Source: Octopus sinensis
Taxonomy: Eukaryota
Assembly (NCBI RefSeq): GCF_006345805.1
Contig: NC_042997.1
Location: forward strand, 11,222,001-11,286,000
Direction: 5' to 3'
DNA: 64,000 nucleotides
Part shown: positions 1 to 12,900 of the stretch, piece after piece
Numbering within the stretch: the stretch's first letter is position 1
Layout of the letters: each line of letters begins with the position of its first letter
Program-made: the position numbers and the translations under genes
Notes under the pieces: generated by a model
Databases searched by the model: none
What the model was told of the DNA's origin: nothing
What the model saw: the letters and a program-made list of their open reading frames with translations, nothing else

Positions 1-253
1 CTACGATGAGTCAACGATTTAAAAAAAAATTTACCATAATTTTTTCCATTTTAATGCATTTTTTTCGCTATTATATAAGGGAAGTAACTCTCTAAAAATG
101 TCTACGATGAGTCAACGATTTAAAAAAAAATTTACCATCATATTTTTTCCATCTTTAATGCATTTTTTTGCTACTTTTTGGCTATAACTCTCTAAAAATG
201 CTTATATAGTTATTTCCCTTACAAACCCGAGCAACGCCGGGCGATACTGCTAG
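1..253 (+). mobile_element. Non-autonomous Helitron, 3' portion
   Basis: Ends cccgagcaacgccggg hairpin + gatactgCTAG|T; matches the 47447-47959 element; internal ~101-bp tandem subunit. Confidence 0.75.
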
Positions 254-328
254 TATTCTATAAATTCATTATTGTTAATTTAATATTTAAGACTTGAATT
301 TTATCTGATTTATTCACTTGTCTCCAAG

Positions 329-433
329 GTCGTGGTACTGTTGTCAGTGGTCGATTGGAAAGAGGTGTGTTGAAGAAAGGAGATGAGTGTGAAATTGTTG
401 GCTATGATAAGAAAATCAAATCAACTGTCACAG
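329..433 (+). CDS. TUFM: Mitochondrial elongation factor Tu, internal coding exon (domain 2); gene begins upstream of window
   Basis: Translates (G)[34 protein letters not shown](G); acceptor ccaag| at 328, donor |gtaagt at 434; phase-1 ends join to next exon. Confidence 0.95.
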
Positions 434-537
434 GTAAGTTTCCAATTAAAAATTCAAGATTGAAGTTCTTTTTGATTCAAGTCTCACAGGTTCCTCGTTT
501 TAATGTTGGACAGAAACGATTTCACTTAATTTTTTAA

Positions 538-740
538 CCTTTAGCTTTCAGATTACTTTGTCAAATGTAATGCTTATTTCTTCCTGTTGGTTTGAATTAA
601 TCATGCATTATCTCATAGCATCAAGACTTCTATGATGTGATTGTTTCTTTTTAGAATAGGGTGCGTGTGGGTGGCTAGATCTGACCACTTTCAGTAGCAG
701 AAATATTTGGGCTGGATATGGTCAGTTTAAATGCTAAAGG
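538..740. mobile_element. piggyBac-type MITE, degenerate copy
   Basis: ttaa-cctttagc ... gtttaaatgctaaagg; interior similar to 27555 and 58838 copies. Confidence 0.6.
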
Positions 741-1137
741 ATGATGTAAAAGTAAAAATAAATTATGACCATTACAATAGTTTTGACCAATTTTTTTCTG
801 TTTTGGAAAGCTAACTTATTAAAGAATGATGGAGCAAAATTTCCTAGGGATGCTTGCTGCATGAAAACTTAATAGTAAAGTGAATGTTAGCATATTTGAT
901 GTAGTAAATCAAGAATTTTTTTAATTATTTGAAACTATACACTGTGTGATGACATCAGTCCTTATTTACATAATTAAGCCTGATAAAATAAAGCTTGGTT
1001 GCAGGAAGGACAGCCCCCAAATTTTAATTACAGAATGCTGTGAGAATGTGAATTCAGTCTGAACTCAAGGTTTAATTTAGATCTCAGGTTGTCCCCCCTG
1101 CACTTTTTTTTTCTTTTTCTTTTGCTACCATATTCAA

Positions 1138-1475
1138 TCATCATCATCATCATTTAACGTCCGTTTTCCACGCTAGCACGGATTGGACGGTTTGACCGGG
1201 GTCTGGGAAGCCAGGGCTGCACCAGGCTCCAGTCCGATCTGGCAGTGTTTCTACAGCTGGATGCCCTTCCTACGCCAACCACTCCGCGAGTGTAGTGGGT
1301 GCTTTTTACGTGCCACCTGCACAGGTGCCAGGGGGGGTCTGGCATCGGCCACGATCGGTTGGTGCTTTTAACGTGCCACCGGCACGGAAGCCAGCCAAGG
1401 CGGCGCTGGCATCAGCCACGTTCGGATGGTGCTTTTTATGTGCCACCGGCACAGAAGCCAGTCGAGGCGGCGCTG
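1138..1475 (-). mobile_element. 5'-truncated RTE 3'-UTR copy
   Basis: (CAT)n-ttaacgtccgttttcca.gctagc.. reverse complement of the 44.5-45.0 kb UTR; similar copies at about 2988-3370(-), 3886-4225(-), 6000-6240(-), 11020-11320(+), 22490-22776(+), 43686-43817(+), 58288-58430(-). Confidence 0.8.
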
Positions 1476-1644
1476 ACATAATCTTTGATCTCATTACTAA
1501 GGGTGTGGTTTCTGTTTATTACATATAGTAGTGTCCATTTTACTGTAAGAAAAAGTAAATCCTTTTCAAATGCCATAAGACATTGTTTTGTTGTTTTTTT
1601 TTCTCAGCGGTTTTTATATATCCAATTTTCCATATTTACAATAG

Positions 1645-2037
1645 TAGTCTCTCTCTTTTTACTCTCTTTTACTTGTTTCAGTCATTTGACTGTGGCCATG
1701 CTGGAGCACCACCTTTTTTTTCGAGCAAATCGACCCCAGGACTTATTCATTGTAAGCCTAGTACTTATTTTGCCGAACCGCTAAGTTACGGGACGTAAAC
1801 AGACTAGCATCGGTTGTCAAGCAATGTTGGGGGGGGGCAAACATGGGCACACAAACATACTCACACACATATACATATATACGACAGGCTTCTTTCAGTT
1901 TCCGTCTACCAAATCCACTCACAAGGCTTTGGTCGGACTGAGGCTATAGTAGAAGACACTTGCCCATGCAGTGGGACTGAACCCAGAACCTTGTGGTTGG
2001 TAAGCAAGCTACTTACCACACAGCCACTCCTACGCCT
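1645..2037 (-). mobile_element. tRNA-headed SINE family A (internal TA/TG microsatellite)
   Basis: Reverse complement of ggcgcaggagtggctgtgtggtaagtagcttgc..ggttcagtccca..caaatgactgaaacaagtaaaaga; Pol III A/B-box-like head. Confidence 0.85.
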
Positions 2038-4390
2038 AGTGTAGATTTCTTTAAACAATTTTTTTAACAACTACATATATAATTCAAACCAGGAGTCTAT
2101 AGAAGGGAAACATCAAGTTTTTGTTGGTAATGGGTTGCTAGAGTAAGCAGTTTATTTTTTTTACTTAGAGGTAGGCTTGACAGAGGCACAGACTGGCTAT
2201 GTCATTTAGAAGTTTACTTCCTGACTACATGGTTATGGGTTCAGTCCCACTGCATGGTACCTTGGGCAAGTGTCTTTTACTATAGCTCCAGGAATTTGCA
2301 GCAGAACCAATTTTCTAAAAGTGTAGAACTTTAGTCTTTAGGATAGGTTTGTCACATCCTTGGTATGTTCTCTAGTAGCTTGTGGATTTCAGAATATGTT
2401 GTACCTGCTTTGTCAAATGTGACAAAATTAATTTTTAATATCCATGTTAACATAGAAACTATATTATCTAATCTGATTATCCATGGTTTAATTTTGATAT
2501 GTGCAACCATTTTACTGTATATTGTGATGGTCAATATGCTAATAATAAATACATGTACTGTTTCTATTTCACTTCCTTTATTAATCAATTCATTAAAATT
2601 TAACCAATTAAATAATCAGTTGATTAATTGTTTGGTCAATCAGCTAGATTTGTCAGAGGCCTTACATTACCGCTCAAGACCTTACCAATGATATTCCCTC
2701 TCCACTGCATTCACTAATAATAATGTACCCTCAAATTACACAACTAATAATAATAATAATAATAATAATCCTTTCTACTAAAGGCACAAGGTCTTAAATT
2801 TGGGGCAAGGGTGATAGTCGATTACATTGACCCGACTACTCAACTGGTACTTAATTTATTGACCTCGAAAGGACGAAAGGCAAAGTCTACCTCGGTGGAA
2901 TTTGAACTCAGAACATAGCAACAGCCAAATTACAGCTAAGCATTTTGTCCAGCATGCTAAGGATTCTTCCTGCTCGCCGCCTTAATGTCATCATCATCAT
3001 CATCGTTTAACGTCTGTTTTCCATGCTAGCATGGGTTGGACGGTTCGACCAGGGTTTTTGGAAACCAGGAGACTACACCAGGCTCCAGTCTGATCTGGCA
3101 GTGTTTCTACAGCAAAATGCCCTTCATAACACCAACCACTCCATGAGTGTAGTGGGTGCTTTTTACGTGCCACCAGCACGGAAGCCGGTCAAAGTGGCAC
3201 TGGCATCGGCCACGTTTGGACGGTGCTTATTTGCCACTGGCATGGGTATCACAACTACAGTTTCCATTTGATTTTTATTTTGATGTTGATGTACTTGACT
3301 CAATAGGTCTCCTCAAGCACAGCAGGTTGCCATACGATCCAAGGTAAGCACAGCAGGCCGTCCTGCGATCCAAGGTGCTTTGGATGGGCTGGGGCTGCTA
3401 TGTGAAGCTGGTGCAGGAAACCACCATGAACTTGCGTTATTATAATAATAAAGTGAAATAGAACCAGTGCATGTGTTTATTATTGACATCATGATCATCT
3501 CAAGAGAAAATAAAAACCTGTTTCAACACAAGTTCACAGTAAGAATCTTGCAACCCAAATACAAAAGTAAAATATTTACGCACAACTTTGTAAGCTTTAA
3601 AAAGCTTCTTGTACATCGCCATTTAAATATACATCTTGACAGTTTGAATCCTTTTTCAAACTTTTTAGAATGAAGAAAAAGTCATAATAAATTTGCCATC
3701 CATATTCTATATTTCTAAATTCTATACAATTTTAATTTCATGTCTTATCTGAGATACTGGCCGAAAGATGGATATCTGGAAATTTTTTTTAGGATTCCAT
3801 TTTCCTTCATAAAATTTTATATGCAGCTTTGAAAAGCACAATTTTCTCTTTTTTCAATGTCGTTAAGAGCATGTGGAAGAAATCTTCATCATCATCATTT
3901 AAACATCCGCTTTCCATGCTAGCATGGGTTGGACGATTTGACTGAGGACTGGCGAACCAGATGGCTGCACCAGGCTCCAATTTGATCTGGCAGAGTTTCT
4001 ACAGCTGGATGCCCTTCCTAACGCCAACCACTCCAAGAGTGTAGTGGGTGTTTTTACATGCCACCAGCACGAGGGCCAGTCAGGCAGTACTGGCAACGGC
4101 CATGCTCCAATGGTTTTTTTTACATGCCACCTGCACAGGAGCCAGTCCAATGGTGCTGGCAACGACCTCACTCGAATGTTTTTTAATGTGCCACCAGCAC
4201 AAGTGCCAGTAAGGTGACACTGATGCATTTTGTGCAAATAACCTATTTAAAATGCAATATATCCTACATTTTAACAGCAAATTTACAAAGTGTTTTTTTC
4301 CCCTTTTTGTTCAGCAGTATTAATCTATTTATTTAATTAACTCCATTTTCCCATTCATGTCCATCAATTCACCGTTTATTGTATTTTTTT

Positions 4391-4551
4391 CAGGAGTGGC
4401 TGTGTGGTAAGTAGCTTGCTAACCAACCACATGGTTCCAGGTTCAGTCCCACTGCGTGGCATCTTGGGCAAGTGTCTTCTGCTATAGCCCCGGGCCGACC
4501 AATGCCTTGTGAGTGGATTTGGTAGACGGAAACTGAAAGAAGCCTGTCGTA

Positions 4552-4592
<41 letters not shown>

Positions 4593-4795
4593 TTGTGTGT
4601 GTCCCCCTAGCATTGCTTGACAACCGATGCTGGTGTGTTTACGTCCCTGTCACTTAGTGGTTCGGCAAAAGAGACCGATAGAATAAGTACTGGGCTTACA
4701 AAGAATAAGTCCCGGGGTCGATTTGCTCGACTAAAGGTGGTGCTCCAGCATGGCCGCAGTCAAATGACTGAAACAAGTAAAAGAGTAAAAGAGAG
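4391..4795 (+). mobile_element. SINE family A
   Basis: Full head, (TA)n core, gaaacaagtaaaaga tail. Confidence 0.88.
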
Positions 4796-5036
4796 AGAAA
4801 AGAGAGTATACTATGGATATATTTTTGCAGTGAATTGATGGTGGTAAACTTCACTGTAATCTTTCCCATCCTAACATGTCTGAGGTGCTTTTCCTTTTGC
4901 TAGCTCTTACTTGTTTTACAGGTTTCCAACCAATAATGCTATTTTCACAAATGTTCGTTATAATCAAAGGTGTTCAGGACTACAGTGTTCACTATGTACT
5001 TCATTTTGATGATGTTCTTTACTTTATATTCCACAG

Positions 5037-5188
5037 GTATTGAGATGTTCCATCAAACTCTTGGTAAAAGTGAAGCTGGAGATCAGCTTGGTGCATTAAT
5101 TCGTGGAGTGAAGCGTCATGATGTTCGACGTGGCATGTGCCTCTGCAAACCTAATACTGTTAACATGCACAATAAAATTGAAGCCCAG
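5037..5188 (+). CDS. TUFM: Mitochondrial EF-Tu coding exon
   Basis: (G)IEMFHQTLGKSEAGDQLGALIRGVKRHDVRRGMCLCKPNTVNMHNKIEAQ; ccacag| acceptor, |gtaaaa donor; 152 nt restores frame. Confidence 0.95.
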
Positions 5189-6424
5189 GTAAAAATTATA
5201 AAAATACACTTCATTTTTCAAAAGAGAGATTATTTTGTTTGTCTTTTTTTTTTGTGTTGTTACTGCTGTGGATTAACAGAATCATTAGAGCATCAGACAA
5301 AATGCATTGCTGTATTTAGTTACAACTCTTTACATTCTGAGTTCAAATCCTGCTGAGGTCACTTTTGCTTTTTATCTTATCAGATACCAGTGAAGTATTA
5401 GAGTTGATATAATTGTCTAACCCCAACCTACTCTCAAAATTACTGGCCTTTTGCCTAAATTAAAAACAATAATTATTGCTGTTGTTCTCATTGTTGTTGT
5501 CAAATGCAGAATGAATGGGTTCCTTATGTGTGAGTCTGTATCAGCAACAGGTGCTTGCTTGGCACTCTGTTTGTTATGACAATGAGGGTTACGTTTGATC
5601 CTATCGAGGGAACAGCCTGCTCGTGAAATTAATGTGCAAGTGGCTGAGCACTCCACGGACATGCATACCCTTAAGATAATGCTTGGAGATTCAGTGTGAC
5701 ACAGAACGTGACAAGGCTGGCCCTTTGAAATACAGGTACAACTCATTTTTGCCAGATGAGTAGACTGGAGCAACATGAAATAATGTGTCTCGCTCAAGGA
5801 TACAATATGTCACTGGGAATTGACCTCATGACCTTACGATCATGAAACAAATGCCCTAACCACTAAGCCATGCACCTTCACACTACTACTTCTTCTTTTC
5901 CTTATTCTTATTATTATTATAAAAAGATAGGTTCTGAAATTAAGAGACTTGGTAGATAACCAAAGTGTTGTAATTTTTCATGCCAACCGCTCTTCCTTAT
6001 CCATCATCATCATCATCATTTAGCATCCGCTTTCCATGCTGACGTAGGCTGGATGGTTTGACCGGAGCTGGCCAACTGAGGAACTTCCCCAGTTCCAGTT
6101 GTCTGTTTTGATTTGGTTTCTATGACCAGATGCCCTTCCTAACACCAGCCACTCCACAGAGTGTACTGGGTGCTTTTTACAGGGCACTGGCATGGATGCT
6201 TTTACGATGCAGAGGCACATGTGCTTTTATGTGGCACCGTATATATTTGTTTCCAAAAAGGTGATGGTTTACTTGTTGGAGTGGCAATTCTTTGGTAGCT
6301 AATTACACAATGATTGTAGTAAGGGTTAAATTTATAACCTTGTGGTGTATCATCTAGCATACTGTACTTTTATGTAAATATTTATTATTATTATTATTAT
6401 TATTATTTAAATTTATCATTCTAG

Positions 6425-6601
6425 GTCTATTTATTGACAAAAGATGAAGGAGGGCGTTCCAAACCATTTACAAACTATTTCCAAACACAGATCTTCAGCC
6501 GAACTTGGGACTGTCCAAGTTTTATGTTGTTAGACCAAGGTAAAGACATGATGATGCCTGGTGAAGATGGGAAAGTTGTTTTCAACCTCTTCAAAAAAAT
6601 G
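6425..6601 (+). CDS. TUFM: Mitochondrial EF-Tu coding exon (domain 3)
   Basis: VYLLTKDEGGRSKPFTNYFQTQIFSRTWDCPSFMLLDQGKDMMMPGEDGKVVFNLFKKM; ttctag| acceptor, |gtaaat donor; phase 0. Confidence 0.95.
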
Positions 6602-6632
6602 GTAAATTATTATTATTTTATTTTTATTACTC

Positions 6633-7025
6633 TTTACTCTCTTTTACTTGTTTCAGTCATTTTGACTGCGGCCATGCTGGAGCACCACCTTTAATCGAGC
6701 AATTTGACCCAGGGACTTATTCTTTTGTAAGCCCAGTACTTATTCTATCGGTCTCTTTTGCCGAACCGCTAAGTAACGGGGACATAAACACACCAGCATC
6801 GGTTGTCAAGCAATGCTAGGGGTACAAACACAGACGCACAAACACAAACATACATACATATACGACGGGCTTCTTTCAGTTTCCGTCTACCAAATCCACT
6901 CACAAGGCATTGGTCGGCCCGAGGCCATAGTAGAAGACACTTGCCCAAGGTGCCACACAGTGGGACTGAACCCGGAACCATGTGGTTGGTAAACAAGCTA
7001 CTTACCACACAGCCACTCCTGTGCC
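6633..7025 (-). mobile_element. SINE family A
   Basis: Full-length reverse copy starting about 30 nt after the TUFM donor at 6602. Confidence 0.88.
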
Positions 7026-8542
7026 TATTGTTATTATTATTATTATTATGTTTTGGCTTTGCTTTAATTTATACAAGCTGTACCTAGGTCGCCTGATTAT
7101 TATTAAAGGCAACAAACTGGCAGAATTGTTTGCATGCTGGGCAAAATGCTTAACGGCATTTCATCCATCTTTACATGCTGAGTTCAAATTCTGCAGAGGT
7201 TGAGTTTACCTTTCGTCCACTCCAGGTCGATAAAGTATCAGTTGAGTACTGGAGTTGATGTAATCAATGAGTCCCCTCCCCCAAAATTTCAGGCACTATG
7301 CCTATAGTAGAAAGGATTATTATTATTATTATTGAGTGAGAGAGCAGTGCATGCCACCAAAGTGACACTGGGGTAAAATATACAAAGCCCAGTATACCCA
7401 TGACTACTCGTCTGATGAGGGTACACCAGGCACATGCATCACAACCATCTGTGTGCAACATGGTGATCTCATATCAAGATTAACAGGGCTGGCAACAAGA
7501 AGGGCATCTGACCATAGAAAATTTACCTCAACAAATTCCACAGAAAAATTGTCCAGTTGCATATATATATATATATATGAGGCTTGTAAATATGGTAAGA
7601 ATGTGAATGGGCAAACAAGCAAAGTGAGGAGAAAGTATGGAAGTTCACTACAAAGGAGTTATTTGTATCCTTTCCCAACCTTAACACTCTGCTGAAAAGT
7701 GGCAAAGAGATGGACTCCAACAATGAACACTTCTCAAAACACAGAGGAATGCACATGTACCGTTTTTACCACATGTCTCTGAGAAGAATTACATTACAAA
7801 ATACATATTTGTGGATTACTAATTCCATGAGCAGGTTGTCCTGTTGACCAAACAACTGAATATTTCTCTATTTCATTAAATTTGCCTCAAGGGCAATACA
7901 GCTGGATACCTCTCAGTGAATCAAAATTCGCTGAGATCCATTTACTTCAATATATTTGTGTGTGTATCAAATAGGTAGAGATGAGTTTGTGGTTGAGAAG
8001 TTTACTTCCTAATCACATAACCTCATGGTTTGGGGTTCATTCCCATTGTGTAGTACCCTGGACAATTGTCCTCTACTGTATCTCCAGGCTGACCAAAGCT
8101 ATATGAGTGGATTTGGAAGAAAGTTCTTCATGAGTGTTACTCTCATACAAGCCATGTTATTTGTTTACAGTTTTCTATAAAAACATGTCCAGCCATGAAG
8201 AAATATTACTTAATTTGGAAACAAATGAGAGTTGACAGCAAGAATATTTGCTTCAACGAATTCCATCTGACTTAAAAGAATGGACTTACAAAATAAAAAT
8301 GATCGTTATGTGCATGTGTGTAAAATAAATTGTTACAATTTTAATATAAATGATAAGCATTATATCAATCTTACCATTAATTTGAAATGGAAAAGAGAAA
8401 ATAGTTTATTTATGTATGTATGTGTTATTTACTCTTTTTTTATATTTTCTTTTGTATAATGTACTAACACTATTTCCTCCTTTTCTTTTTCTACTCCGTC
8501 TTGTTCTTCTCATCACCCTATCCCTGTTTGCTGTTATTTTAG

Positions 8543-8674
8543 GCACTTGAGAAAGGACAACGCTTCACATTGAGAGCATCTGGAGTGACACTTGGATTTG
8601 GCGTAATCAGTGATGTTCTGGCTGATTATGACCCAGCAGAAATGGACAAGAAAGTACGGCAGAAAGACAAATGA
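8543..8674 (+). CDS. TUFM: Mitochondrial EF-Tu last coding exon
   Basis: ALEKGQRFTLRASGVTLGFGVISDVLADYDPAEMDKKVRQKDK*; ttttag| acceptor after pyrimidine tract; TGA 8672-8674. Confidence 0.92.
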   Translation, partial: ALEKGQRFTLRASGVTLGFGVISDVLADYDPAEMDKKVRQKDK

Positions 8675-8792
8675 ACATTATAAGATCGAATGTGGATGAT
8701 AATCATTACAAAATACAAAGAGGGGAGATGGATGACAACTCAAATAACAACTGTTTAGGATATCATTTTTCAGTGTAGTGTACACCAAATTC

Positions 8793-8810
8793 ATTAAACA
8801 TTACAATAAA
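8793..8810 (+). terminator. Putative polyadenylation signals of EF-Tu gene
   Basis: ATTAAA 8793-8798 and AATAAA 8805-8810, about 120-135 nt after the stop, followed by T-rich sequence. Confidence 0.6.
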
Positions 8811-9640
8811 GTTTGATTTTTTCTATAAACTAGTTATATAAACTATGTTTTGTTTTTATTTCTGATGATGATTATGATAATGTTCTTTGGCTCCTTTGTT
8901 TCTTGTTCCAGCTTGACCAGAATCCGTTATTTTAAATTAAAAACCTTGCCAATAAGAATGTCTTTATGTTGTTTTTTGATCAGCTAGAAACAGCAATTGA
9001 ATCACCCACAAATCACATCTTACTGTCTCAGAAAATCAGAAAATAATTAGGTCACGATAGATTGTGTAGTTCTGAATACAATATGCCTTTAAAAAATGGG
9101 ATGGCCACAACTGGAATGACTTTAATCTGGATCAAGCTGATTTGGGATGAAACAATAACTTGAGCTAAACAGGAGTTGACTCTAGGCTATCATTTGACTT
9201 GCCAGAAATAATCAAATTTCTTCAAAATTACATCCTATTGTCTTAAAAAAAAGAATGGCGAAAAACTATTTAATCTCTAAAGAAATTTTATATTCCTTCT
9301 CCAGTAAATGTACAATCTTGTATATTTACTTTGAGATGAATTCATTACATCAGCTAACATTGTAAAAATTATTCTTTGTTGATAAGGATCGAATAAGACA
9401 AAAACAGAAGGTAATGGCAAACTTCTGCTGACTCTTTCACCATAACTTACTCAAACTTTCCTCTTACATCTAGCAGCTCACCTGTGACAGACCAGTGTCC
9501 CATCCAGGTGGAGAACCTATATGCCAATGAAACCGGGAAACTGGACCTTATGGCTTGAGAAGGAACAAACAACAATAGAGGCTGTGGATCAGCTGCAATT
9601 GCTGCTTGTCCAGTGACAGTATAGAGGTTCTGATGGAATA

Positions 9641-10089
9641 ATATCTGGCATTCCTTCGATATAACTTGACTTCGGGTATTTCCATGACAGTTGCTGAAAT
9701 GGGAGGAAGACGAAAGCTAATGGGTTGTGTGTGCGTGCTTATTCTTGTTGATGCATAAACTTTGATTCTGTTTTCTGCTTGGTAACTTGCGGATTTTACA
9801 TACACGCATGAAGCAGGTAAGAACAAATATGTAAGGTTCAGAATATGGCAAATGCCTGATGGAGGGATTTTCTCTTGGTTGCATGTCGCTGTATGGATTT
9901 TTTTTCTTCAAGTTTAAAATGAGACATTGCTGGCATAATTTCATTATATCTATATTTCACAACACATAAAAACAGAACGGACACAGACAAGAACAAGCAC
10001 ACACACACAGACAACTATCACGGAAATACCTGAAGTCAAATGTCAGATGTTTCAATTTTGTTGAGTTATATCGAAGGAATGCCCAATAT
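9641..10089. repeat. Inverted repeat (MITE-like)
   Basis: atatctggcattccttcgatataacttgacttcgggtatttccatgacag versus reverse copy at 10015-10089 containing a 25-bp extra segment. Confidence 0.7.
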
Positions 10090-10152
10090 CTTCTATATTT
10101 GAGAATATACAATGTGTTTATAATGCTGTTTTTCAATATAAGAGAGACATAA

Positions 10153-10385
10153 GGCAGCAAGCTGGCAGAAATGTTAGCACGCTGGGTGAAATGCTTAGCG
10201 GTATTTTGTCTGTCTTTACGTTCTGAGTTCAAATTCCACCGAGTTCAACTTTGACTTTCATCCTTTCGGGGTCGATAAAGTAAGTACCAGTTACGCACTG
10301 GGGTCGATGTAATCGACTTAATCCGTTTGTCTGTCCTCGTTTGTTTGCTCTATGTTTAACCCTTTGTGGGTAGTAAAGAAATAGG
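10153..10385 (+). mobile_element. tRNA-headed SINE family B
   Basis: ggcggcgagctggcagaaacgttagcacgcc..gttctgagttcaaattccgccgaggtcgactttgcctttcatcctttcggggtcgataaa..gtagtaaagaaata; other copies at about 2770-2985(-), 7110-7310(+), 10400-10545(+), 25525-25732(-), 28422-28622(-), 39122-39350(+), 45258-45382(+), 50720-50890(-), 53517-53750(+), 57753-57967(+). Confidence 0.85.
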
Positions 10386-11480
10386 TATTTCATCTGTCTT
10401 AATGTTCTGAGTTCAAATTTCACCGAGGTCGACTTTGCCGTTCATCCTTGATAAATTAAGTACCAGCTGCGTACTGGGGTCGATCTAATCGACTGGTCCC
10501 CTCCCCTCAAAATTTCATGTCTTGTGTCTAGAATGGAAAAGAATATAAGAAAGACACAATATTGGTTTCAAATTTTGTCACAAGGCCAGCAACTTTGGAG
10601 CAGGAGATAAGTTGATTACATTGCTCGACTGGTACTTATTTTATCAACTCCAAAACAATAAAAGGCTAAGTCGACCCACTGGCATTTGAACTCAGAACAC
10701 GAAGTTGGAAATATAGCTACTGAGCATTTTTTCTAGCACGGTAACAATTTTGCCAGCTTGTCACATTACTTTATGCAAAAATACTTCAGAGATTGTTATT
10801 TTAAACTTAAAGATAAATTTCTGAATCTATAAATATAATTATTTGCTATGTTTTCTAAGGAATATTGAGGTATAAAAAAAAAAGATAAGTACTTAAAGCA
10901 TATATATATATTTTTATGTTCCCTAGAACTCAGCCAGAGTTCAACTCAGTTTCCATAATGTGCAAGGAACTCCTCTGAACAGGAAGCCAGTCCACTGTGG
11001 GGTTAACTTCCCAGCTATTGCTGAAATTCAAGCACCATCCGAACGTGTCTGATACCAGCGCTGCCTAACTGGCGTCCATGTCGGTGACACGTAAAAAGCA
11101 CCAACCGATTGCGGTCATTTGCCAGCCTGCTCTGGCCCCTGTGCCAGTGGTACGTAAAAAGCACCACTACACTCACGGAGTGGTTGGCATCCAGCTGTAG
11201 AAACACTGCCAGATTAGACTGGAGCCTGGAGCAGCCTCCTGACCTCTCAGACCCCGGTCGAACCGTCCAACCCATGCTAGCATGGAAAATGAACGTTAAA
11301 CGATGACGACGACGACAACAACGAACTGGAGCAACATGAAATGAAACATTTTGCTCAGGAGGAATCCGGAAATTGAAATCACAATGTTACAGCTATGAGT
11401 ACATTGCCCAAACCACTGGACCATTCACTTCCACTCTTAATTCATTTAGCAGAGTTTATTAATTTATTAAAGTTAAATAG

Positions 11481-11875
11481 GTGCAGGAGTGGCTGTGTGG
11501 TAAGTAGCTTGCTTACCAACCACACAGTTCCGGGTTCAGTCCCACTGCGTAGCACCTTGGGCAAGTGTCTTCTACTATAGCCTCGGGCCGACCAAAGCCT
11601 TGTGAGTGGATTTGGTAGACGGAAACTGAAAGAAGCCCGTCGTATATATATATATATGTGTTTGTGTGTCTATGTTTGTCTCCCCAACATCGCTTGACAA
11701 CCAATGCTGGTGTGTTTACGTCCCCGTTACTTAGCAGTTCGGCAAAAGAGACCGATAGGATAAGTACTAGGCTTACAAAGAATAAGCCCTGGGGTCGATT
11801 TGCTCGACTAAAAATGCGGTGCTCCAGCATGGCCGCAGTCAAATGACTGAAACAAGTAAAAGAGAGAAAGAGAAA
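11481..11875 (+). mobile_element. SINE family A, left parent of tandem duplication
   Basis: Full head gtgcaggagtggctg. Confidence 0.88.
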
Positions 11876-12335
11876 TATTTACTAGTTACAAGTTTCCTGA
11901 GCCTCAAACATTTTTCAAGGCTACTGGTATAAAGTTCAAATTCTTAATATGCATAGAAGTTATGTCTACCTTGATAACTTCAGCCAAGCTTGGCTAAATT
12001 ACTATAATTTATATCATCATTCCTGCTATAAGTGAGTCTATCTTTTTTTGTTGCTGGAAGGGTTTCTTTCTGTTTATTCTCATGTCTGTACTTAGGCACA
12101 GGCTAATGCCTGTTAATCTCAAAAACTGCATCCTTCAAAACTTCAATGCTTCCTGAGATTCGCCAACACTACACCTGATTTTCTCCCCTCCATACACAAG
12201 CAAGCATATATCTGACTCATACACTGCTCACTTTCCAGACATTTGTACATTACTGCATATTCTTTATACACACTTTTGACAAGTTGTGGTGCACCTGAGC
12301 ATTGTATACAATAATTTCATTATTATTATTATCCG

Positions 12336-12618
12336 TGTCCGTTGCCAGCCTCGCCTGGACCCCGTGCCGGTGACACGTAAAAGCACCATCCGTTCGTGGC
12401 CGTTTGCCAGCTCTGTCTGGCACCTGTGCGGGTGGCATGTAAAAAGCACCCACTACACTCACGGAGTGGTTGGCGTTAGGAAGGGCATCCAGCCGTAGAA
12501 ACACTGCCAGATCTGACTGGGCCTGATGAAGCCTTCCAGCTTCACAGACCCCAGTTGAACCGTCCAACCCATGCTAGCATGGAAAACGGACGCTAAATGA
12601 TGATGATGATGATGATGA
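12336..12618 (+). mobile_element. 5'-truncated RTE 3'-UTR copy (duplicated at 14635-14918)
   Basis: Matches 44.7-45.0 kb UTR; (GAT)n(ATT)n tail. Confidence 0.8.
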
Positions 12619-12649
12619 TTATTATTATTATTTTAAAAGAACTATTGCA

Positions 12650-12900
12650 CAGCTAGACAGAGGAAAGCATCTTTCTGGTTTGTTAATGTAAGGCTGCCAT
12701 TCTCAACAGAGAGATAAATTTTATCTACTGATACCTCCTCTTCAGCAAAATACATGTTCTTGTCTTCATATTTGATACCCATGTTTCACTACCAAACATT
12801 ATCACACACCTTACACATACTTCCTATTCTCTGCCTTTTATCCAGAGAAAGAAATACTTTGTTGACAACAGAGGAAATATCTTCTGACTTTCTTATTGTA
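12650..12900 (-). mobile_element. Degenerate RTE LINE fragment (duplicated at about 14950-15200)
   Basis: Minus strand IMFGSETW motif preceded by decayed SL..KGR.. Confidence 0.5.

Noticed and set aside
355-537. ORF-track starts and ends for EF-Tu pieces (355-537, 4970-5356, 6434-6694)
   Set aside because: They run into introns; true boundaries are set by the splice sites listed in features
8610-8674. Nematode EF-Tu1-like C-terminal extension
   Set aside because: The tail is only about 14-16 aa beyond domain 3, comparable to other animal TUFM proteins; the GDQLG variant is also common in invertebrate TUFM
11481-11560. tRNA genes at SINE heads (also 56143-56205 and the SINE B heads)
   Set aside because: A/B boxes are present but there is no complete cloverleaf, and they continue into SINE bodies
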